The translations under genes and the position numbers were made by a program. A stretch of 64,000 nt of DNA from an uncultured Planctomycetia bacterium (lineage in GTDB: Bacteria; Omnitrophota; Gorgyraeia; Duberdicusellales; 4484-171). The stretch spans positions 6,337 to 70,336 of the forward strand of contig CAZABB010000004.1 of NCBI GenBank assembly GCA_964483625.1. Direction: 5' to 3'. Of this stretch, positions 57,368-64,000 are shown piece by piece. The first letter of the stretch is position 1; the number at the start of each line of letters is the position of its first letter. Under the pieces are notes generated by a model. The model saw only the letters and a list, made by a program, of their open reading frames with translations, was not told the origin of the DNA and did not search any database.

Positions 57368-58381
57368 TTATACGATCTTCTCTTCTTTTAACGGACGCAG
57401 CATCAGATCGCTGACGGCTTTTTGAGGAGATTTGCCGCGGTATAATACCGAATACACCTGATAGGTAATCGGCATATCGACATGTAACTTTTTACTTAAC
57501 CGGTAGGCGGATTTTGCCGTTTCGACCCCTTCGGCCACCATTTTCATCTTTTTCATAATCGTCCCGATCTTTTTTCCTCCTCCCAACTGTTCACCGACGG
57601 TTCGGTTACGGGAAAAAGGAGAAAAACAGGTCGTAACCAAATCTCCCAATCCGCTAACACCCCAGAACGTTTCAGGTCTCGCCCGCAGTTTCTTGCCCAG
57701 GCGCGTAATTTCCGCTAATCCCCGGGTGACCAGCGCCGCTTTGGTATTTGTACCCAGCCCCAACCCGTCGGCGATCCCGCAGGCAAGAGCGATGATGTTT
57801 TTAAGCGCGCCGCCTAACTCCACCCCCACAATATCGGCATGCAGATACGTACGAAAGGTGGGGGTCGAGAAAAGCTTCTGAATTCGCCGGCCGGTCTGTT
57901 TATGTTTGCAGGCGATCAGCGTGGTTGAAGGGATTCCCTTGACGATCTCGGTCGCGATATTAGGCCCGGAAAGAACACTCAAGTTCACCGAGCCCAGTTC
58001 CTCATTGATGATCTGTGAGACCCGTTTCAGAGAACTGGCTTCGATCCCTTTACTGACGCTGACGAAAACTTTTTTATTGAAACCGAAGCCGGACTTTTTG
58101 ATCTTTTTCAAGACCCTCCGGATGAATTTTACCGGAATGGCAAGAACGATGATCTCATTCTCAAGTACCTCAGGAAGATCGGGATTAACGGTAAGATTTT
58201 CAGGGAATTTGACCCCTTGTAAAAAGAGACGGTTTTCTCTTCCCTTCTGCATGGCGCAGTTATGGTCGGCAAACACGCTGTGGAGCTCGATATGCCGGCC
58301 GGCTCTGGCCAGGATCACCGCCAGGGTCGTCCCCCAGTTCCCGGCGCCGATAATCGCAATTTTGTCTTTTTTATTTTTCAT
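57368..58381 (-). CDS. gpsA: NAD(P)H-dependent glycerol-3-phosphate dehydrogenase
   Basis: IAIIGAGNWGTTLA Rossmann; GpsA C-domain. Confidence 0.93.
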   Translation of the reverse strand: MKNKKDKIAIIGAGNWGTTLAVILARAGRHIELHSVFADHNCAMQKGRENRLFLQGVKFPENLTVNPDLPEVLENEIIVLAIPVKFIRRVLKKIKKSGFGFNKKVFVSVSKGIEASSLKRVSQIINEELGSVNLSVLSGPNIATEIVKGIPSTTLIACKHKQTGRRIQKLFSTPTFRTYLHADIVGVELGGALKNIIALACGIADGLGLGTNTKAALVTRGLAEITRLGKKLRARPETFWGVSGLGDLVTTCFSPFSRNRTVGEQLGGGKKIGTIMKKMKMVAEGVETAKSAYRLSKKLHVDMPITYQVYSVLYRGKSPQKAVSDLMLRPLKEEKIV

Positions 58382-58422
58382 GAACTTACGAGCGATTAGC
58401 GTATAGCGGTTAGCGATCAGCG

Positions 58423-58648
58423 TAGCTCGTCGTGCGTATCGCGTTCTGCGGAACGCGCAAAAGAAACAAGAGAAATCCGTTTTTCAAACGCAGTACGCGT
58501 GTCGCGTTTCGCGTTACGATAAATACTGGAACGGGCGATCAGCATAGCTCGTCGTGCGTATCGCGTTCTGCGTAACGCGCAAAAAACAAGAAAAACCCGA
58601 TTTTCAAACGCATGACGCGTTCCGCGTTACGATAAATACATGGAGCGG
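58423..58648. repeat. Tandem direct repeat of 122 bp and 104 bp. Each unit ends in a 16-mer resembling the tRNA-Gly 3' end
   Basis: Units begin GCGATCAG at 58423 and at 58545. They end TGGAACGGGCGATCAG, compared with the tRNA-Gly 3' end TGGAGCGGGCGATCGG. Confidence 0.75.
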
Positions 58649-58714
58649 GCGATCGGAATCGAACCGACATAACAGGCTTGGAAGGCCTGTGTTCTACCAC
58701 TGAACTACACCCGC
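58641..58714 (-). tRNA. tRNA-Gly (anticodon TCC)
   Basis: GCGGGTGTAGTTCAGTGGTAGAACACAGGCCTTCCAAGCCTG…GGTTCGATTCC…CGCCCGCTCCA. Confidence 0.9.
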
Positions 58715-59016
58715 ATGCGGCATAGTGCTTACGCACTATTCCTTAAACAGAACTGATTTCTCAAAGAAGACTTTTCTCTTTCGGAGTCCGCCTCCCTGCG
58801 GACGCCCTACGATCTCACTTTTTTCTAAAAGCACGAGGTTGTTCGTATGCCGCTTCATGGGGACTCCGTCCCCTCTGACGCGACACTCGAAGCACTTTCA
58901 AAGAAGAGACGCCCTCGTGCCGCTGTTACCCCTGAAGATTCTCACAGAAGAGATCTTCTTTCGTGTGACGTGTGTCGTGTGACTATGTGACTTTCAAAGA
59001 ATGACTGATTAAGACA

Positions 59017-59099
59017 TGGGCAGGGGAGGATTCGAACCTCCGAAGCGATAACGCAACAGATTTACAGTCTGTCCCCTTTGGCCACTCGGGAACCTACCC
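59017..59099 (-). tRNA. tRNA-Tyr (anticodon GTA)
   Basis: GGGTAGGTTCCCGAGTGGCCAAAGGGGACAGACTGTAAATCTGT… with a long variable arm and T-arm GGTTCGAATCC. CCA is not encoded. Confidence 0.88.
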
Positions 59100-59223
59100 A
59101 GCATGGACAAAACAAAGCGATTGTGAATGAGCTAGCAAGATTTTCCCCGACGATTACGTCGGGACTAATTCGACTACAGAGTTTTTTTACGTTCTCGCTT
59201 AAAAAACTCTAAGTCTCATTGAG

Positions 59224-59258
59224 CAGTCTGTCCCCTTTGGCCACTCGGGAACCTACCC
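59224..59258 (-). pseudogene. Orphan copy of the 5' half (nt 1-35) of tRNA-Tyr
   Basis: 35/35 identity to 59065-59099. No anticodon 3' half, T-arm or acceptor 3' strand follows. Confidence 0.8.
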
Positions 59259-59398
59259 TAAATAGCGTATAGCGAATAGCGGTTAGATATAATTCCTGTT
59301 TTAAAAGAACTTTTCTCTTCTGTTCGCTAAGGACTAAAAACTCTCAAAGAACATTCTTAAAACAAATTACACGCTCATCGCTAACCGCTAGTAAAAGA

Positions 59399-59471
59399 GC
59401 CCAGGATAGGAATCGAACCTACAACCTGAGGTTTACAAAACCCCTGCTCTGCCAATTGAGCTACCTGGGCG
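59399..59471 (-). tRNA. tRNA-Thr (anticodon TGT)
   Basis: GCCCAGGTAGCTCAATTGGCAGAGCAGGGGTTTTGTAAACCTC…GGTTCGATTCC…CCTGGGCT. Confidence 0.88.
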
Positions 59472-59483
59472 GATGAAAACACC

Positions 59484-60356
59484 TCATATCACATCCTGCA
59501 TCATCACCTTGATCGCCTGAGGCAGACAATCAATAAGGTCCGACGCGATCATCCCCAGCTGGGTCTTCGCCTGCATCGCGATATCTCCGGCAGTACCATG
59601 CACCGCGACCCCAAGCTGTGCCGCCGAAAAAGGAGATACTCCCTGGGCCAGGAGCCCGCCGATAATTCCGGCCAGTACGTCTCCCGAACCGGCTGTCGCC
59701 ATCCCCGGATTACCGGTCGTATTTTCTAAGAGCAATTCCCCGTCGGTAATAACCGTACGATGCCCTTTAAGAACAAGGATTAAATTATATCGAAGAGCAA
59801 ATTCCTTGGCAAGGTCTTTTCTCGCCTGTTTTATTTCCGGTACGGATTTTTTAATGATCCGGGCGAATTCTCCTTCGTGCGGAGTGAGGATAAGTTTCGT
59901 AATCCTCTTACGCGTCAAGACCCCCAAGCTGTCTTCCAGAGCGTTCAACCCGTCGGCATCAATGACCATCGGCTGCCATATCCCTCCCATTATTTTCATC
60001 AGCAGATCCCGGGTTGAACTGTTCCGCGTGGCACCGTTCCCCAGAACGAAGACGTTGGTTTTCTTGCTGTATTTTTCGACCTCTTCAAACGCCTTGAGCG
60101 AAAGAGTCTTCTCTTTTGTCTCCTCCAGAGCGATACTCATCGCTTCGGTGAGTTTGATCTCAATAATATCATGCAATGAATGGGGTACCGCGGCGGTCAC
60201 CAGCCCCGCGCCGATACGCAGCGCGGCACGCGCGGTGAGACACACCGCGCCCGTCATCCCCGGAGAACCACCCAATACCAACACATGGCCGTAATTACCT
60301 TTGTGTGTATCAGGATTTCTTTTGTGCAACCGCAGTGGCAACTGCATAATCTTCAA
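59484..60356 (-). CDS. nnrD: ADP-dependent (S)-NAD(P)H-hydrate dehydratase (YjeF C-terminal domain)
   Basis: HKGNYGHVLVLGGSPGMTGA…GSGDVLAG carbohydrate-kinase-like motifs. Confidence 0.88.
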   Translation of the reverse strand: MKIMQLPLRLHKRNPDTHKGNYGHVLVLGGSPGMTGAVCLTARAALRIGAGLVTAAVPHSLHDIIEIKLTEAMSIALEETKEKTLSLKAFEEVEKYSKKTNVFVLGNGATRNSSTRDLLMKIMGGIWQPMVIDADGLNALEDSLGVLTRKRITKLILTPHEGEFARIIKKSVPEIKQARKDLAKEFALRYNLILVLKGHRTVITDGELLLENTTGNPGMATAGSGDVLAGIIGGLLAQGVSPFSAAQLGVAVHGTAGDIAMQAKTQLGMIASDLIDCLPQAIKVMMQDVI

Positions 60357-60657
60357 TATGGGTTATCGAAAGCAGGATATCGATGTTAATATCTTTTTTC
60401 AACTCACAGTAAGGAGCGCCGTTATGGCGGTTTAAGATGAGGATATCAGTCAACGCCAGCGGATGCTCTTTCGCGATCGCTTTTATCACCGCTTCCTTCG
60501 CCGCGAACCGGGCCGAGAGCCGCTGGATATACATCTTCCCCGGCGAGATATTCTTCAATTCCCGGGGATCAAATATTTTTTCGATAAAAGCTTCTCCCCA
60601 CTTTTTAATCGCGTTTTGCATCTTCTCAATCTTAACCATATCAATACCGATACCCAT
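60310..60657 (-). CDS. acpS: Holo-[acyl-carrier-protein] synthase
   Basis: MGIGIDMV…FAAKEA AcpS signature. Start set at the third Met. Confidence 0.88.
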   Translation of the reverse strand: MGIGIDMVKIEKMQNAIKKWGEAFIEKIFDPRELKNISPGKMYIQRLSARFAAKEAVIKAIAKEHPLALTDILILNRHNGAPYCELKKDINIDILLSITHIEDYAVATAVAQKKS

Positions 60658-60737
60658 AACCATATCTTTCCTTTTTTCGTCTTGAATCTCTGGTCTTCAG
60701 TATTTGGTTTCTCTGTCTAGAGTCTAGAGACTGAAGA

Positions 60738-61457
60738 CTATCGACTATTGTTAAGTATGTCCAACATCTCCTCCACCGCCGCGACCAGTCCGATAAAAAC
60801 GCCGCGCGAGACGATCGAATGTCCGATATTCAACTCCTCTATTTCGCCGACGGTAAGGATAGGGTTTACGTTCTCATACTCCAGCCCGTGTCCGGCCGCG
60901 ACAAAAAGCCCTTTGCGTTGAGCGTACCGGGCCGCCTGAGCGATCTTTTTCAATTCTTTATCCCGGGCTGCGGGAGTTTTACTCTCGGAATATTTTCCCG
61001 TGTTCAACTCGATGATACCGACTCCCAGAACCTTCGCTTTATCGATCTGACGCTTGATGGGATCAATAAACAAACTCACCTCGATTCCAGCCTGTCTAAG
61101 TTTAGCCAGAGCGTTCTGGAGGCGCCGCCGGTGGGTTACAAGATCCAGCCCCCCCTCGGTCGTCAACTCCTGCCTTTTCTCCGGAACCAGAGTCGCTTTC
61201 TGCGGCTTGATCTTCGTCGCTATCTCTACAATTTCTTTATGAATCGACATCTCCAGGTTAAACTCAACCGAAAGAGACGTAGCCAGAAGCCGGACATCCC
61301 GGTCGTTAATATGGCGGCGATCTTCGCGCAAATGAGCTATGATCGAATGACATCCGGCATGCTCGGCCAGAAGCGCAGCGACGACTGGATCAGGGTAAGT
61401 AATCCTGCGGGCCTGACGCAGTGTTGCGACATGATCGATGTTTACACCCAGCTTCAT
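60738..61457 (-). CDS. pdxJ: Pyridoxine 5'-phosphate synthase
   Basis: MKLGVNIDHVATLRQAR N-terminus; TIM barrel; 239 aa. Confidence 0.93.
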   Translation of the reverse strand: MKLGVNIDHVATLRQARRITYPDPVVAALLAEHAGCHSIIAHLREDRRHINDRDVRLLATSLSVEFNLEMSIHKEIVEIATKIKPQKATLVPEKRQELTTEGGLDLVTHRRRLQNALAKLRQAGIEVSLFIDPIKRQIDKAKVLGVGIIELNTGKYSESKTPAARDKELKKIAQAARYAQRKGLFVAAGHGLEYENVNPILTVGEIEELNIGHSIVSRGVFIGLVAAVEEMLDILNNSR

Positions 61458-61590
61458 ATCTTTATTCCGGACGTAGTAAATTCTCCGCTGGCCCAGAGCC
61501 AGGTGATAATCGCCATGATTAACGCGATAACTTTCAGCCAGAAATTATTGAAAATAAGATGTTTGAAGGGAATCTGATATTTGAACAGCT

Positions 61591-62373
61591 TCATTCTTCG
61601 CTCCTTAACTGTCCTTTCAGGATCGTAAATAAATCTTCCGGCGAAAGGTTACGGGTCAGCTGACCGTTGATCGCCAGAGAAATCGCGCCTCTTTCTTCGG
61701 AGACCACGATCACCAGGGCGTCGGAATTCTCCGACAAGCCCACCGCGGCGCGATGCCGCATTCCCAGCGTTTTCTCCAAATTAGGATTATCGGTAATCGG
61801 GAAAAGACATACCGCACTTACGATGCGCGTACCGTCAATAACCACTCCTCCGTCATGAAGCGGCGTAAACGGATAAAAGATGTTTTCGATCAGCTCGGAA
61901 GTAATCTGCGCGTCGATGATCAATCCGGTTTCAATGAAATCTTTCAGGCCGATATCCCGCTTGATCGCGATCAGCGCTCCTATTTTTTTCTTCGCCATGT
62001 TGGCGACAGCGGTAACGATCTCTTTGATCGTCTTCTCGATATCCTCCTGCCTGACTTCCATCATGAAGAAATGGCGTTTGCCCAGCCGGATCAATCCGGC
62101 CCGTAATTCCGGCTGGAAAATAATCGCGATCAGGATCAAAAAGAACGCAAAGAACTTGGTCAACAGCAAACTTAAAACATGGAGGCCCAGCCGCTGGAAG
62201 ACAAAGAAGGAAATCACCAGAATTATAATCCCCCTCAGGAGATAGACGGCCTTGGTCCCTTTCAGGAAAATAAAAATGCGGTAGATGACAAACCATAAGA
62301 TCAGTATCTCTACCGCGGATTTCCAGTTAAACATCGAAAATAAATTGATCAATCGCTGAATTTCAAATTCCAT
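61591..62373 (-). CDS. cdaA: Diadenylate cyclase CdaA (membrane-anchored DAC domain)
   Basis: Three N-terminal TMs; DAC motifs GALIAI…DGA/HDGGVVI…RHRAA. Start at MEFEIQ, overlapping the folP stop. Confidence 0.88.
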   Translation of the reverse strand: MEFEIQRLINLFSMFNWKSAVEILILWFVIYRIFIFLKGTKAVYLLRGIIILVISFFVFQRLGLHVLSLLLTKFFAFFLILIAIIFQPELRAGLIRLGKRHFFMMEVRQEDIEKTIKEIVTAVANMAKKKIGALIAIKRDIGLKDFIETGLIIDAQITSELIENIFYPFTPLHDGGVVIDGTRIVSAVCLFPITDNPNLEKTLGMRHRAAVGLSENSDALVIVVSEERGAISLAINGQLTRNLSPEDLFTILKGQLRSEE

Positions 62374-63590
62374 TACGCGTTCCCCAGAAGCAAGGCGGTT
62401 TTCATCGCCCGGCCGACTTCTTTCACATCGTGCACCCTCAATACGTCGGCACCGTTGGCCGCCGAGACCAGACACCCGGCCAGAGTGCCGCTTAAACGGT
62501 CATCTACCGCGGCGCCGGTTATTTCACCGATACACGATTTACGCGAAAGTCCTACAAATAACGGGACATTCAGACTCTTGAACTGCGCCAGGCACCGGAT
62601 AATCTCGATGTTATCCTCCAGGCGCTTGCCGAATCCGATCCCCGGATCAATCATCAGTCGATCTTCTTTGATCCCTTTTTTCCGGCAGAATTCGATCCGT
62701 CCCGATAAAAACGTTTTGATCTCGGCGATGACATCGCTGTAACGGGGATTTCTCTGCATCGACCGGGGTGTCCCTTTCATATGCATCAAAACGCATCCCA
62801 GCCGGTATCTCTTAACAAGCGCGGTGATACGCGGACTGTGACGCAGCGCAGTTATATCATTAACCACATCAACCCCCTCCTTCACCGCCGCCTTCACCAC
62901 CGGGTATTTATAACTATCTATCGAAATTACCAATTTAGGGAATTTTTTACGTACCGCCCGCAAGACCGGAATGACCCGGGCTATTTCGGTCGCGGCACTC
63001 ACACTCTGCGCGTAAGGCCGGGTTGATTCTCCTCCGATATCAATCATCCGTGCTCCGGCTTTCACCATACCGGAGACTTTCTTTAAAATATCTCTTTCTA
63101 ATTTTCTCATTTCTTTCACGTTCCGTCCAGTCAATACGCCGTCGCCACTGAAGGAATCCGGCGTCACATTCAGAATCCCGCAGAGGATCGGCCGGTCAAT
63201 CCGGATCTTTTTATTTCTCGCCTTAAACACAGCCGGGTCTTTCTCCTCTTGAATATACTCTCTGAGCTGCCGGGCAACTTCATGTAATCCGAACGGCTGA
63301 GTTTCTATTTTCGCGGCGAATTTCCGCAATTGAGATACGGTGCCGAAAATGATGATGTCGGTTTTGATTTTTTTTACCAGACAATCACGGCTGATGGCGG
63401 CGTCGGAGCCTAAAGACAAGAGATGCTGTTTGATGATATTTGCCGCGTAAGACGATATGCCCTCGATCCTGTACGTGCGCATAAGCATCTTGGGCGCCAT
63501 GATTTCCCGCCCTTCCTTTGCCGTACCGATTCGATCCATCGCCTGATAAGCGCTTTTAAGATTCCTGATCGGGAGAGGAAACAGTCTCAT
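62373..63590 (-). CDS. folP: Dihydropteroate synthase with a ~110-aa N-terminal extension
   Basis: Pterin-binding core starts ILCGILNVTPDSFSGDG. Residues 1-110 have no recognisable motif. Confidence 0.85.
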   Translation of the reverse strand: MRLFPLPIRNLKSAYQAMDRIGTAKEGREIMAPKMLMRTYRIEGISSYAANIIKQHLLSLGSDAAISRDCLVKKIKTDIIIFGTVSQLRKFAAKIETQPFGLHEVARQLREYIQEEKDPAVFKARNKKIRIDRPILCGILNVTPDSFSGDGVLTGRNVKEMRKLERDILKKVSGMVKAGARMIDIGGESTRPYAQSVSAATEIARVIPVLRAVRKKFPKLVISIDSYKYPVVKAAVKEGVDVVNDITALRHSPRITALVKRYRLGCVLMHMKGTPRSMQRNPRYSDVIAEIKTFLSGRIEFCRKKGIKEDRLMIDPGIGFGKRLEDNIEIIRCLAQFKSLNVPLFVGLSRKSCIGEITGAAVDDRLSGTLAGCLVSAANGADVLRVHDVKEVGRAMKTALLLGNA

Positions 63591-64000
63591 CTTCCTGTGC
63601 TTTTTCTTGTTCCTTGAATCCGATGATTTTTTTCACCTCACTGGAATCGAGCACTTCTTTCTCCAGAAGTGTCTGCGCCAGGGTTTTGAGCTTGTCGAGA
63701 TGAGCCGAAAGAAGATCGGAGACCCGCTGGTGCGCTTCATCGATGATCCGCTTAACTTCCACATCGATCATATGAGCCGTTTCGTCGGAGTAATCTTTAT
63801 GTTCGGCAAGTTCTTTGCCTAAAAAGACCGGGCCTTCCTTCCGTCCAAGCGCCACATGGCCTAACACTTCGCTCATGCCGAGTTCGGTAACCATTTTACG
63901 GGCCAGTTTTGTTGCCTGATCCAGATCGTTCTGTCCGCCGGTCGTCACGTCTTTCAGGATAAGTTCTTCAGCGACCCGGCCGCCTAACAGAGCGCAAATC
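63556..64000 (-). CDS. ftsH: ATP-dependent zinc metalloprotease FtsH (C-terminal part only; truncated at the window edge)
   Basis: C-terminal helical domain of FtsH (…TTGGQNDLDQATKLARKMV…). The reading frame continues to nt 64000. The classic ftsH-folP order is conserved. Confidence 0.8.
   Translation of the reverse strand, partial: ICALLGGRVAEELILKDVTTGGQNDLDQATKLARKMVTELGMSEVLGHVALGRKEGPVFLGKELAEHKDYSDETAHMIDVEVKRIIDEAHQRVSDLLSAHLDKLKTLAQTLLEKEVLDSSEVKKIIGFKEQEKAQEDETVSSPDQES

Noticed and set aside
58396-58660. Possible CRISPR array, given the regularly spaced repeats near the tRNAs.
   Set aside because: There are only two long units (122 bp and 104 bp) with no short unique spacers. No cas genes or leader are present. 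The repeat ends in a tRNA 3'-end-like sequence. It is a tandem duplication, not CRISPR.

Overview
This 64-kb window looks like a chromosomal segment of an anaerobic bacterium, roughly 50% GC, with almost every gene on the minus strand. From start to end it carries the following.

- **Firmicute-like ywl block (0.1-4 kb):** nrdR, dCMP deaminase, glyA, rpiB and a TsaC/Sua5 protein fused to a low-molecular-weight protein tyrosine phosphatase.
- **Purine operon (4-11.9 kb):** purE, purD, purM, purQ, a PurS-PurL fusion and purB.
- **Housekeeping and envelope genes (11.9-16.8 kb):** an M48 peptidase, a thermonuclease, a HAD hydrolase, an epimerase and an aldo/keto reductase.
- **Hydrogenase locus (17.2-26.3 kb):** a four-subunit group-3b [NiFe] hydrogenase (beta, gamma, small and large subunits), its C-terminal processing protease, and a HypA-like protein that lacks the zinc finger. 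The same locus carries a Rex repressor with two strong Rex operators and a NicO-type nickel transporter. Interleaved with these are two radical-SAM [FeFe]-hydrogenase-type maturases. One is a HydG homologue. The other is HydE fused at its N-terminus to a HypC chaperone domain. That fusion is the most interesting thing in the window and points to a possible hybrid [NiFe]/[FeFe]-type cofactor maturation pathway.
- **LPS core / lipid A cluster (26.4-37.5 kb):** three GT9 heptosyltransferases, a deacetylase, a GT4 transferase, a GT4-GT9 fusion, an LpxL-ELM1 fusion, lpxK and waaA.
- **Mid-window housekeeping genes (37.5-51.2 kb):** xerC/D, topA, dprA, aroK, an acyl-CoA dehydrogenase, a GNAT acetyltransferase, a PagL-like deacylase, rpmB, recJ, argS, thrC, hom and a PilZ protein.
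- **Likely accessory region (51.2-55.1 kb):** a small, strongly promoted basic protein, about 600 bp of structured non-coding DNA, tRNA-Pro, and an AT-rich island of three unknown envelope proteins flanked by direct repeats.
- **Tail of the window (55.1-64 kb):** infA, a THEP1 NTPase, a TPR protein, gpsA, a tRNA-Gly/Tyr/Thr cluster with duplicated tRNA fragments and tandem repeats, nnrD, acpS, pdxJ and the operon ftsH(partial)-folP-cdaA.

Several families of short intergenic repeats recur through the window.
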